From the human T2T-CHM13v2.0 reference genome, Homo sapiens, in NCBI RefSeq assembly GCF_009914755.1, contig NC_060942.1: DNA of 64,000 nt. The stretch is one strand, 5' to 3'. Each line of letters begins with the position of its first letter. Position 1 is the stretch's first letter. The position numbers and the translations under genes were made by a program. Shown here piece by piece: positions 31,865 through 45,878 of this stretch. The notes under the pieces were generated by a model. That model was not told where the DNA came from. It saw nothing but the letters and a program-made list of their open reading frames with translations, and did no database searches.

Positions 31865-31951
31865 AAAAGAAAGAAAGGAAAGAAAGAAAGAAAGAAAGAG
31901 AAAGAGAGAGAGGGAGGGAGGGAGGAAGGAAGAAAGGAAGGAAGGAAGAAA
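31700..31951. repeat. Compound (GAAA)n/(GGAA)n purine tract grown from the Alu tail
   Basis: About 250 nt of only A and G. Confidence 0.97.
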
Positions 31952-32620
31952 GATTGTTATTAGATTGGATTTACACATAAAAATCACACGCCACTTGGAA
32001 GTGTCACATTAAATATAAGGACAATGATGGAGCATATAAAAGGACGGAAATAAATATAACAAACAAATACTAATCAAAATAATACTGCTAATATCAGACA
32101 AAGGAAACAAAGGTAAGAAGCAATTGGAGAAATAAAATACATATTTCAAAATGTTGAAGGGTCAATTGATTACTAATATTCTAATGTTCTAATTTTCATG
32201 AGCCTAGTAATATAGCCTAAAAATGTGTATAATAAAAGGAAAACCAGGTAATATCACAACCATAGTAGAGGACTTTAACACATTTTTTCAGGAATCAAAT
32301 GAATAAGCAGGAAGAAATGTATCAGTAAAGATAATAAAGATCTAACGGTATGATTAACAATTGCTCAGAGTATACTCTCTGACCACAGTGGAATAAAATT
32401 CAAAATCAATAACAAAAAGTTAATAAAATCCCCAAATATCTGGAAATGAATCAGTATATTTCTTCATACCACATATAAAAGAAAAACAATGTAAATGAGA
32501 AAATATTTTGAATTAAATTATTATGAAATCTGACAAATCAAAACTCATGGAATGCAGGAAAAGCCATGCTTAAATTAACGCTAATATAGTTTTAGGTGCA
32601 TATATTAAAATATATTTAAA

Positions 32621-32958
<338 letters not shown>

Positions 32959-33000
<42 letters not shown>
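32959..33000. repeat. (TA)n in the AluY tail
   Basis: Directly visible. Confidence 0.95.
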
Positions 33001-33009
<9 letters not shown>

Positions 33010-33703
33010 ATATTTAAAAACAAAATATCTAAGTAATAATTTAAAGAAGTTAGAAAAATGACGGTAAATTAAAGCCAAAGAGAGTGGAAGGCAGGAAGGC
33101 AGAAATATAATAGCAGAAATTAATAACAGAGAAAACAAATGCACACTAGAGAAAATCAACACAGCCAAAAATTGGTCCATTGTAAAGATAAGTAAACCTT
33201 TAGCAGGATTAATTGAAACAGACAGAGGCAAAAACAGAGAGAGAGAGAGTGAGAGAGACAGAGGGGGAGAGAAAACGCACAAGCACATAAACATCAATTT
33301 CAGGAATGAAAAAGGAACATAACTATAGAATCTGCAGACACTGAAAAGCTAATCAGAGGGTATTATAAACAACTCAATAGCAACAGACTTGAAAATTTAA
33401 ATGAAATATACAAATTCCTAGAAAAACTAATACAAGAAGAAATTTTAAAAATCTAAAGTCCTCAATCTATTAAAGAAATTGAATCTACAATTAAAATTCT
33501 TTCAATAAAAAAAACTTCAGTTTTTTTCCTGTCTGTGAATTCATCTAAACAGTTAAAAAAGAAATGTTGTGAATCTTACATAAACTCTTGGTGATAATGG
33601 AGAAAGAGGGAATATCAAAACGAGATGAAGAAGACATTACAAGAAGGAAAACTACAGATCAGCTTCTCCTGTGAACATATTTGAAACAGTCCTTAATAAA
33701 ACA

Positions 33704-34788
33704 CAGGGAGTTCTCACTTAGCATGGTAGTCAGGGGGTATAAAATTGACGATGCAAGCTGAAGCCATGCAAACTGAGCTTAATAATCAATGGGGAAAATT
33801 GTAATTCTTTTTTCACGAACTTCACAAATTTTGGTCAAAATATTAACAACTCTTTTAACTAGTAAAAGTAATATTTAATTAGTATGCTGTGGTTTATAAC
33901 ATTTAATACATTGAGATAAGGTGTTTTGTTTCTTTGTTAAAAAAAAACTTATCACGAGTTTTCTGAGGAGTGTTTGCTTTCTTTTTGTCATATAGCTGTG
34001 AATGAAGACAGCATCTTTTCCATTCCTTGGTAAACTGTCATATTCCTAAGTTAGATTCACTTCTAACATTTTATCCTTTGCACTTACAATGTTGTGAAAT
34101 ATCTCTGAGAGTTCCTTTAATGTGAAGTGTTTTTTTGTTTGTTTGTTTTGTTTTTTTGTTTGTTTTTTGCCAGCATCACTTTCTGTGGGACATCTTCATG
34201 CTGTTCGTCATAACCCCTTTCTTCATTTATGTCAATGAGCTTACCGTCACTAAGTTCCCTGGCCGCACGTCTAGAATCTTGAATGGAGGTAGGGTCAGCA
34301 TTTCTATGGTTGGCTATTTTTCCTTTGAATATGTTTACATTCGATTAGAATTTCACTTCCAGTGTTATCCCTTCCTTTCTTCTTTACTGTACTTTCATAT
34401 TTGTTGGCCAATGCCCTCTCTGGAGTGTCCAGTTTTGTAAAATGTTATGTGGGTTTATCACTGGGTGACAAGCAGGCTACACAACTATATACTTGGCTGT
34501 CATGTTGTCCGTGTGTGAACTGAACAACACTGATTGGTCAATGCTGTGACCAATCACCAACAGACTTTGAAAGAGGTAATGTTATTGGTCACTGATGATG
34601 ATGAGAGCTGTTATTTATGTAATGATTTGTAAACTAAAGAGCCAGTGCTTTGTGCAATCAATCACTCGCAGTTAACATATCTTGGTAAATGAAGCCTGAC
34701 TATGTTGTTGGGGGACTGGTGTTATTTAACTAAATGGTGGTAACTGAAATTCATTCATATTAGAAGCATGCAAAGTGAGGTCTACCTA
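33704..34788. mobile_element. TcMar-Tigger DNA transposon (Tigger6-like, ~1.1 kb) nested in old L1
   Basis: Imperfect terminal inverted repeats cagggagttctcacttagcatg and catgcaaagtgaggtctaccta, with TA after the right end. Confidence 0.7.
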
Positions 34789-37700
34789 TACAAGTAAAGA
34801 CATTGGTTCTTTCTTGATCTGGGTGCTGGTACATAGATGTTTGTTTTGTTCAGATTCATTCAGCAATACAGTATCATTTTTACATTTTCCCAACTTATGA
34901 CATATTCCAGCTAAAAATTTCCTTGGAAATTATTTTAATATAATTCAGCACATTAAAAGAATAAAGGAGAAAATTCACATGATCATCTCTATACAAGCAG
35001 AAAAAGCATTTGATAAAATTCAGGAACATATATAAAAAGAAAAACTAGAAATGGAGGCAATTTCCTCAATCCACTATGCAGCATTATAAAAAACTACATC
35101 AAGCATCAATTAGGTATTAAAGAATACCTAATCAAACAGAAGGATGATCATGTTCATGAATTGGAAGATGCCAATTCACCTGAAATAAAACTATACATTC
35201 AATGCAATTCTAATTAAAATCAGAGTAGTTTGTATGATGTGTGTGTGTAAGTGAACAAGCTGATAAGAAATGTAAAGGAACAAGAATAGTTAGGGCAATC
35301 TCAAAGAAAAAGAACAAAAATGGAGGAGCGGCATTCTTAGCTATCAGAATTTATCATATAAAGTTATGTAATCAAGACACCATAGTATTGGCACAAGAAT
35401 AGCCAAGTAAACCAATGGAATAGAACGGAGTCCAGAAACAGACCCACACATAAATGGTTACTCGATTTATGACAAGTATGAACTACTTGTGTTACTACTG
35501 AGCAATAGGGAAATGACTTTTTAATAAATGGTGCTGGGTCAACTGAATATTCAAAGAAAAAGTAAATCTTCGCCTCTATGTTACACCATGCATAAAATCA
35601 CTTATAGGTACACTGTAGATCTAAATGTGAAAGATAAAAAAATAAAGATTCTAGAATAAAAATCAGCAAAATGAACATGTGGTTGACAAAAACTATAAAT
35701 GGCACACTAAAAGCATTAATCAAAATAGAACTGATAGACTATATTAAAATCTGGAATTTGCATTCATCACAAGGCATCATTAAGAGTGTGAAAAGGCAAA
35801 TGGTAGACTGGAGAAGATATCTGTAATACAATTATAAAACAATGAACTCATATATTGATCCAAAGAACTCCTACATATCAATAAAAAAAGACAATGTAAA
35901 AGACAAATGAGAAAGATACTTCATAAAAGAAGATATTCAAATAGCCAATAAACATGAAAATATGTTCAAGCTCATTAGGCCTCAGAAGGAAACCAAAATT
36001 AAAGCAAAATTAAATACCACTGTAAGCCCAAAAGAATGGCTACAATGAAAGAGACTGACAAATAGTAACTACTGGGAAAGATGCAGAGTACCTGCAATTT
36101 CCATACTGTGCTGGTAGGAACATCCTGGTACAACCACTTTGTAAAAATATTTGACACTAACTGCTGAAATTGAATTTCTGCAAACCCAATTGCCCAGAAA
36201 TTCCACTCATAGATATTTATCCTACAAAAATGCATACACATATCTACCAAATCACATACTAGAATGTTCCTAGTGGAAACAGTGCAAAACTGAAAACAAT
36301 CAACCTAAAAATGGATAAATTGTGGTATCTTCACAAAACTGAATAATATGTAGCAATGAGAATAAGCAAACTATGATTTGAATGGATCTTATAAACAATG
36401 TTAGCAAAAGAAGTCAGACATAAAAGTGTACATAACATCTGATTCCATTTATAAAATTTTGCAAACAGGGCAAAAGTAACTGAGAGTGAGCAAAATCAGA
36501 ATAGTTACCCTGGCAGGAGGAATGATAGGGGTCAGAAGCTTGAGGTGAGCTTCTGGTCATATGTTTCTTGATCTTAGTGATGATTAAATGGGTATGATCT
36601 CTGTGCACTTGGCTAAAATTTTTACTTATAACAGAAATAACCCGGAAGATGTATATGTACTGACTTAGAAAGGTAACCACAATATATCAATAAGTGAGGG
36701 AGGAAAAGCTGATTGTAGATCACCAAATATAATATGATTCTGCACTGGTAAAAAAAAATGTGAATTATTATATCCAAAATAAATCCATTAAGGATTTATC
36801 AACAATGCTTATCTCTTTCAATTTTTATTTTTCATTTTATGAAATTTGGGGATTTTTAGAAAATGAGCATTAATTAAAGGTTTGGGACCAAAAGAATAAA
36901 TATTAAAAAGAAACAACTTTCTAGCTGAACTTTCCACAATTCCAAAGGTATCTCACAGGTGGTGCAATGCAGTGGCCGTGAGAGTGACATCTCTTTGAGG
37001 GACCAAGGAGCGTCTAACGGCGACAGGACAGAGCACCTGGATGAGCAGATCCTTCCTCATGAATGCAAATGCACTTTAATTCACCTCCCTCAGCTTGTGC
37101 TCAGGGAGCAGGTTCTGTCCCATTCTCTGTGGAACACTCATTGAGCAAAGGAACAACTCAAAAGGCACAGAGGCCCAGCTCCGTCCTGGAGAAGGGGCTC
37201 GCGGTGTTGCCAAACACATAAACTCTATGTTCATGCATTATTTTACTTCGCAAAAGGCCCAAAGAATAATTATCACTTGTCATGTCTTAGGAGTAACACT
37301 CAATAAGCTTACCTGTAAACCTTGGATTAGTAAGACAAATTTCAACTTGCCCCTGTTATGCACAACCAACATCCTTTTAACATAATCATGGTTTCCTCTA
37401 CAGACTTTTATCATTACAAAGTAATTAAAATTTTTATCATCCAATCTTATGTTTATATATTGTTGTTGTTATATATGTTTATCCAATCTTACGTTTATAT
37501 ATTATTGCGATATATGTTTACGTATTGAAAAAAGTGTGTTCAGTAGCTAAGAATTACACTTGAAAATGATGGGTAGTCTTTAAAATATTTTTATTATATA
37601 TGCCAAGCATACATATGGTGAATAAAATGATTTTTAAAAGAAGTTTTCCAGTGAAAATGGAAAACATGCCCAAGATATAAAAAACAGAATCTGCGTGTGC

Positions 37701-37822
37701 ATCTATACATGTGTGTATACAATTTCCAAAAATCCAGTGTATATAACCTCCCCTCATAGAAGAAATAGAGCACAAATTTTAGCCCATTTTCCTTAAAAAA
37801 AAAAAAAAAATGGAAGACTCCT

Positions 37823-38136
37823 GGCTGGGCGCAGTGGCTCACGCCTGTAATCCCAGCACTTTGGGAGGCCGAGGTCAGTGGATCACGAGGTCAGGAGTTC
37901 GAGACCAGCCTGGCCAACATAGTGAAACCCCGTCTCTACTAAAAATACAAAAATTAGCTGGGCATGGTGGCGTGCACCTGTAGTTCCAGCTACTCGGGAG
38001 GCTGAGGCAGAAGAATTGCTTGAACCCTGAAGCAGAGGTTACAGTGAGCCAAGATCGCGCCACTGCACTCCAGCTTGTGTGACAGAGCAAGACTTCGTCT
38101 CAATAAATAAATGAACAATAAATAAATAATAAATAA
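37823..38136 (+). mobile_element. AluS, TSD aagactcct
   Basis: Full dimer, (TAAA)n tail, TSD. Confidence 0.95.
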
Positions 38137-38166
38137 AAGACTCCTGATGAATGAAGAAGGCACTCA

Positions 38167-38562
<396 letters not shown>

Positions 38563-38718
38563 TTATGATCAGATTTGCAGGCTTAAGAAAAATGAAATAA
38601 AATATTAAATAATCGTTTAATATCACCATAAGAACATATTTATTTTCATTATTTTGTCTCAGCCACGTTAGAACGAAAGCAAATATGCTTTATAATAATG
38701 GGGATTAGTCCCAAAGTA

Positions 38719-39244
38719 CAGCGGTCCCCAACCTTTAGTGGCACCAGGAACTGGTTTCATGGAAGACAATTTTTCCACAGACCAGGGGTGGGGGGATGGT
38801 TTCAGGATGATTCAAGTGCATTACATTTATTGTGCACTTTATTTCTATTATTATTACATTGTAATAGATAATGAAATAATTATGTAACTCACCATAATGT
38901 AGAATCAGTGGGAGCCCTGAGCTTGTTTTTCTGCAACTAGACAGTCCCATCTGGGGGTGATGGGAGACAGTGACAGATCGTCAGGTATTAGATTCTCATA
39001 AGGAACACGCAATCTAGATCCCTCACATGTGCAGGTCGCAATACTGTTCGTGCTCCTATGAGGATCTAATGCTGCAGCTGATCTGACAGGAGGCCGAGCT
39101 CAGGTGGTAATGTGAGCAATGGAGAGCAGCTGTGAATGCAGATAAAGCTTTGCTCCCTCGCCTGCCCTCTGCTCACCTCCTGCTATGCAGCCCAGTTCCT
39201 AACAGGCTACAGACCGGTCTGTAGCCTAGGTGTTGGGGACTCCG
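38719..39244. mobile_element. MER1A (hAT-Charlie)
   Basis: TIRs cagcggtccccaac...gttggggactccg; characteristic interior (ggaagacaatttttccacagac, ttagattctcataagga). Confidence 0.9.
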
Positions 39245-40954
39245 GACATACAAGGAAGAGCCACTTTGATTGACAAAAGGCTAGACTAGAAAGCAGGCGT
39301 TAACCACAGCCTGCCAATTTTCATGGGATGGAATGAACCCCACCTGCACTTCCCCAACACACAGTGGTCTGGGTCCACAGGCAGCCGTGTGCTCCACCTA
39401 AGGCCGACTGCTCCTCCCACCTCACACTCTTCTGACATAAATGCCATATCTGATAGCACAGACCTCTGCTGTGAGGAAACGGATATGTTTAAATTAAAGA
39501 GCACAGTAAATGCATGAATAAATAAAAGCATATGGGTGTAAACTCCTTATACATGATGCAGAAAAGAACAAGTGCATTCTGAGCATCTTGGAAGAGATTT
39601 CATCTTTCACAGTATGCAAATGCATTTTGCTATGACATTTTCTATTTTTGTAAGGATGATCCTCATTACTACATTTATGATATGAACTACAAAATTGTGT
39701 ATCTGTTTGAACAAGAACATATACATAATTACTCTGTGGAGATATTTTCAAAAGTGTCAAACTATGAATTACAACACTGGCACTTTTTTTTTAAGGCTTC
39801 TTACATGGTTCCAAAACATGTCGTTTACAGAATGAAGGCTTGGTAAGATGGATGAGAACATTTGTATGGAACAGTTTCTAAAATATCAGTGATTTATTTT
39901 ATTTAAAGCAGACTTGAGCTCTGGTTATATTACATAGAAATTCTTCTTATGAGGGAGAAACATGTAGCTGCACAATGAATCCAAAGTAATTCAACTGCCC
40001 TCTCTTTTCTGAGGAAAAGGCCTCGTGTGGCTGAGATGAAATCCACAATTCCTCCAACACAAGCAAGAGCTCCATCTCTGCCTGAAGTGAGCAGTTCAGC
40101 ACTGCTCCCTGGCCTCCCGGCCCTTTTGTTCAATGACTGCCAAGCACCCTCTCCTTCTCTTAAGAAAAGTCCAATGGGTAACGAGATGGCACAGTCCAGC
40201 ACAGTGTGCTAATTCACTGGACTTCTACCAGGTCAGTAGAAAGCTCAGCAATGTTCCTTCCCTCTAGAAGGCAGACAGATCTCCTACATCTTCCGGGAGA
40301 CACAAATGTACAGAGCTGCCAAGGCTGCAGGTGGGCTAATAGAAATTATCAATGTTTGCATCTGACTAAATCAAAACGGAACCTGGAGAAAACTGATTCC
40401 TTAGCTTGGTACAATATAATCCAACCTCAAAATTCTGTCTATATGGAGCCTTCATTGGAAAGAAACGTAACTAAAAGAACACATGCAATTCTTCTTCCTA
40501 GACTCCAACAGATTCCTCAGCTCTGATGGTTTAATTTTTTGCCTAATACTCTTCTAGCCTTTCTTACTAATGAGGTGCATCTCACAGTCTCCCACCTTCA
40601 CAAGTTCAGTGAGACACTCCTGGTTTCCCTCCATGGCCTCTGCAGATGGCAGAGTGGGATTCAACCATTGAACCTCTAACTTCTGTTGGTTTACACTTTT
40701 CCTATCATGAGTGGGGACCATAGAGATCATAGAGTCCAGTCCTTTTACTTTTAAAATGAGAAAATGAAGGTTTGAGTAGTGAAGTGAAGGGACTCATTCA
40801 CAGGGCGGGAACTAGAACACAAGTCTCTTTTGACTTCTAGTTAGGCTCTTTCTACCATTCCCTGTTGGAATGATAAAACCAAACAGTCAAACAAATAAGA
40901 CATTCTGCACAACAAAAAGTATATTCTGTGTTTTGCTAGTGTTTTTGTTTTTAC

Positions 40955-41025
40955 CTCTGAAGAGATTATCCAAGTCAATATCTTCTTTTCCTTTGATTTT
41001 CAAACACTTTGCCTGCTGTACAAGT
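40955..41025 (-). CDS. L3MBTL4: L3MBTL4 internal coding exon (71 nt, phase 2-1): (R)LVQQAKCLKIKGKEDIDLDNLFR
   Basis: Acceptor ttttatttctgttctttgcccag|A, donor GAG|gtaaaa; joins in frame to the 174-nt exon (AG|A = Arg). Confidence 0.95.
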
Positions 41026-42999
41026 CTGGGCAAAGAACAGAAATAAAATCTAGATTCATTATCCTGTGAGGTAGGAAGAAATCATGATAGCAGCACAAAT
41101 TTAAATAGAAACTGCAGGGTAAACAATAGTGAATTGGCAGGTATTTTGCTGCACAGAGCCTTGTTAGAATTTTAAGTTTAAGATTTTAAAAACACACTTC
41201 TGTTCAGAAACTCTGACTTTGAACCCTGAAATTTAAAAGGCCTTTCCCCCCTCATTCTATTACAGTAAAAAGTTTCCAAAACTCTCTGGAGAATAATCTC
41301 TTCAGATTCTAAGGAGGAGCTAGCAGGATGGTGGGTGATGGGATGGTAGGTAAGTAAATAATAATTGCTACTGATGATTTTAAGGCTCATTATTTTAATC
41401 AGAAGATTATAGACACTGTGCTCAAACAACTGTATAAAGTAATTTAGTTACATTGCTGAATGTCAGGGAATTAATTAACTTTTAAAATGCTGCAGTATGT
41501 AGTACGGCCTAATTCTGTTATTCTTTTATCATGGAACTTCATTAAAACTTGAGGCTCATACTTTATAATGAATATGGAAGTTTCTACAATAAAACTTTTC
41601 CAGGATTGCTAATTAGTCAGTAATTAATTTTAGGTAGATAGGCCTGTGAGATAATCAAGTAATTTATTTGTATATATTTTAATGAAATTTATATCTTGCT
41701 TTGCACATGTATTTTCTTACTGTATTTGAACAGCAAGTCTCTCATTTCATTTTCACTAACAAGCCTTTGAGTTGGTCATGGAAGTACTGTTTTAATTTCT
41801 GTGCTAGATGAGGAAACCGATTCAGTTACCAAAATCCTACATAGAAACCTAAATGACTTACAGAATTTGAGATAATTGTATCTATATGTTTATTTGTATG
41901 TTTACACAAGTATATCATGGCAGAAATGTTCTATCAGTTAGAGATCTCTTAATCATCAAGACTTTTTATCAAAAAAGCAAGAAACCGAGAAAATTTCTAT
42001 TGAACTCCAACTTTGGACTTTACCATAGGTCCTACAAGGCTACTGTGGAGCATACTAACCACATGTACTTAATCACCTGGGGGGCAATGCAGAGACAGTA
42101 CATTCAGTGTGCGAAAACTTGAGTTCACGCCTAGGATGCAGCCCCTAGGTTTGTGATCCAGAGTGAATATTTAAATGCTCAATCTTAGCTTCCAATCTGT
42201 TAAATGGACACAGTACCTGCCTCACTGGGTTGTTCAGAGCAACTAGTGAAATAGTATGTTAAAAACCAGTGTAAAAACGCTTATGCATCATGGACGTGCA
42301 TAAGAATATGTGTAATATTCTCATCGATTCAATATATATAATTTTAATTATATTCAACATATGTATCATCAGGATTTGTTTACATTCTTTTTTTTTGCTT
42401 ATATCATGCTTTGATATTTACATTCTTGTAGGAGAAAATATAAACTATAGAAAAGTGGCTTAAATGTAAGCAGTGAGTATCTGGTAGAGAGCATGGGTCA
42501 AACAGGATGCTGGGACACAGCACATAAGGTAAGTAGTGCAGCCTAGCCATTTTCCAAAGAATAATTTGGGGCGGGGGAAAGAACAATTTTAGCTGTGTTT
42601 ACATGATTTTTGGCAAATCTTTAGGTATTTCCCCCTCAATTTTACAAATTTTATGAAACTTCAAGTTGATTTTCAAGCCATCTTAAAGCCCCCTTCTGCA
42701 ATATATGCTAATCAAGATCTTGCTTCTGTCTTACAAAGTTAAAAAATAGAAGCCAGTCTGCCACATATAAAACTTTTATGGGTATTTTAAAAAACATTTT
42801 AAAATAAATCAAATAAATTTGTTGGGTGCTTTTTAAAAATAATGCGGAGTTCTTCAATTGATCATGGGTATATTTCAGTATAGTCTTGCTTTCAAATGAT
42901 TACATCAGTAGAGAGATATGCCAAGCCAAATCCTGTGAGTAGTTCAGATTCAGGTAGCATTTCCTGGGAACTCCCAGGAGGTAGGTACATACTAAGGAC

Positions 43000-43230
43000 T
43001 CCTAGCCTTTTCATTTCCCATTTCATTCTCACAAAAACTCTACAAGGTTGGGATAGTACTCTTGTTTTACACATTGAGAGACTGGGCTCAGAGACATTCA
43101 ACAACCTGCCCCATCTTGGGCACAAAGTGGGTCGATAATGGAGCCAAAATCAGGTCTTAATGGAGCCAAAATGAAGTCCAATCTCAAGTCTTTGGACTCC
43201 AAATCCAGGTTTCTTTCTGCTTTACACATC
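43000..43230. mobile_element. MIR fragment (others near 1170, 14400, 16850, 40730, 42150, 44100, 60150, 61680)
   Basis: MIR core-like ttttacacattgagagactgggctcagaga...acctgccc; boundaries approximate. Confidence 0.6.
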
Positions 43231-44257
43231 ACCTTCCAATAGCGTACAGTTTACTGATTATTTATGGAAGGCACGGATAAAGGGAAGTCACAGGCAGAGA
43301 CTTGACTGTTGCTGGGCCAGTGGGGTCTTCAGAGAATGGAGATGGGTTTCCAAAAGTCTCGAGAATTAGGGTGGAACAGAACGAGCATAAGTAACGTGGG
43401 ACGGGGAAGTGTTTTGAGGACCTGAATAAGCTAATCGACTTGTTTGGCTGAAGCACCATGCAACGAAAGGCAGCTTGACAGAACAAACTGAAGCCAGCCA
43501 TGGAGGGCCTTGCATGGGTTCTCGAGGATGTGGACTTCATCTTGTGGGCAGTGGGAAAAGTCACAGAGGAATTTGTATTTCAAAAGAATCCACTGCATAC
43601 AGCCAGTAGACATGTTTGGAAATGACTAGGCCAGTCATGAGCCAAAGATTAATATTTCATTTGTGTTTTAGCTAAAATAGTCTCAATCTCTGTCTAAATC
43701 TCCAGGGATGTACTACTGTTGCACCAATTATTCCTCCTGAAGCCTGGCCCATAGCTTTTATATAGTCATAATAGCTCCGGGCATCCTAAACAATCTTCAG
43801 TGTATTTTATTAATAGCGTTGCTGTTGCTGTCGCAAGTGTCAAGAGACCTGTGTATCTGTTTATACCTGATTTATTCCATAAAGAGGTGCATATGACCTA
43901 AAGGCAAAAGCTGTAGCTGTCACTGTCACCCAAGAGTCTCTGCTATCCATTGTTTTTCAATGTGTTCTTTCCCTAGGATTTCCTACTTCCAGTTGGAAGA
44001 AAGGGCCTGCATCCTCTCTGACCCTCTTTCTAGGCTTCCATTCCCCTTCACAAGACAATACTAGTGGCTATCATTTCTGTGCTCATTAAGTGCTAGGCCC
44101 TGAACTGGATGCTTAACATGAAGTAGGAAATATTAATCTTCTATTTATGTGTTCAAAAGGCAAGTTAAGGAGTCTTAAAAAGTCACATAATAAGTAGAAG
44201 AACTAGGATTTGAATTTAATTCAGGTTAGTCTAACTGTACCTAGACACCTTCTAGAA

Positions 44258-44482
44258 CAAGAGTTAGCAAACTATGCCCCGTAAGTCGAATCCTGCCCAT
44301 TGCTTGTTTTTGTAAACAAAGTTTCACTAGAACACAGCCACGGTCACTTCTCTACTTACTGTCTAGGGCTGCTTTCACTACGATGGCTGAACTGAGTAGT
44401 TGTAGCAGAGACCTTTATAGCTGGCCACACCTAAAATATTTACCATCCGGCTCTTTACAAAAAATAAGCTATCTGACCCTTG
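44258..44482. mobile_element. MER58A (hAT-Charlie) with perfect 8-bp TSD ttctagaa
   Basis: TSD at 44250-44257 and 44483-44490; interior gtttttgtaaacaaagtttcactagaacacagcca. Confidence 0.9.
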
Positions 44483-45504
44483 TTCTAGAAGTTAAAAAAA
44501 AAATGGTCCATAAGTTCAAAAAACACACGGAATGTGATTGTCTTATCTGGGAAGCTGCTCCCCAAACTGCCACAATAACTGTGTTTAGTTATAACTTAAG
44601 GCTTAACAGGCAGACACTGGGCTCTGACTCTTCTATTTTTAGGCAAATTCTCCAAACTCAATCAACATTTCTCTGAGATTTTCCTGCCTGCAGCTGTTGC
44701 ATTCTGCAGAGATGGTTTCTGCCACCAAAAGACTCATGATCTATTAGGGGATGCAGACTTGTGCAAGGGCAGATTCTACACAAAGCAGACCAAGAAAGGG
44801 CTACATCAGAGAGACAGAGGATGTGCTATTGGATCATACAACAGGAGGACATTTTCTGCATACAAGGTGAGAGATGGTAGAAAAAGCCTTCAGGAGATGA
44901 GTTTGAACTGGGCCTCAATACAAATTTTATCACAGGAAACACAGAGAGGGCCACTGCAGGTGGAGGGCGAGTGTGGGTGAGGAGAATTAGCAATGGGGTG
45001 TGGTGTGCAATGAGGTAAGACGTGGAGCTAGGACAAATTATGGGGCCTGCACAAGCTTTCTATGTTCCCACGCATGTGTGTAGGTTTGGATATGCGAATT
45101 TATTTATTCTCAGTCAAGCAAAATGGACCAATGACCTGTGAGATTCTATCAATTTGAGGATTCATACAGTATGTTTAGTTTGCAAATAAAAAGTAATGAA
45201 CCCTTTTAAAATATAGCAGTAAAAAGCATCAGCAAATAATAAGTTCCATAATATTCATATGAAAATGTTTACTGCAGCATTATTTACAAGAGGAGAAATA
45301 CTGGAAACCATGGTCATTAGGGGAATGGTTGAATGAGTTCGGTATGCCTACACCATGGAATACAATGCAGTTGTTAAAAATAATGCATTGGGTCTGTTTG
45401 TGTTGATATGACAATTTACCCATGACATATTGTTAAATGAAATAAAACACATTGCAGATTAACAAAATGTTAATATAAATTATTTTAAAAGAGTGAATGT
45501 ACAT

Positions 45505-45878
45505 TGATATGGTTAGGCTGTGGTTTCCCACCCAAATCTCATTTTGAATTGTAATCCTTATAATCCCCATGTGTCAAGGTAGAGACGAGGTGCAGGTAAC
45601 TAAATCATGGGGGCAGTTTCCCCATGCTGTTCTCATGATAGTGAGTACTCATAAGATCTGATGGTTTTATTAGTGTTTGGTAGTTCCTCCTGTGTTCATT
45701 CTCCTTCCTGACACCCTGTGAAGAAGGTGCCTTGCTTCCCCTTTGCCTTCCACCATGATTGTAAGTTTCCTGAGGCCTCTCCAGCCATGCTGGACTGTAA
45801 GTCAGTTAAACCTCTTTCCTTTATAAAGCACCCAGTCTCAGGCAGTTTTTTATAACAACATGAAAATGGACTAATACA
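45505..45878 (+). mobile_element. THE1D/MST-like MaLR solo LTR in an old L1ME 3' remnant
   Basis: tgatatggtt...ggactaataca termini; perfect 5-bp TSD tacat. Confidence 0.9.

Noticed and set aside
31655-32012. 110-aa K/E/R-rich and F/L/S-rich ORFs
   Set aside because: They are translations of the (GAAA)n repeat.
37439-37522. Imperfect ~40-nt tandem duplication
   Set aside because: AT-rich, diverged slippage product with no functional hint.
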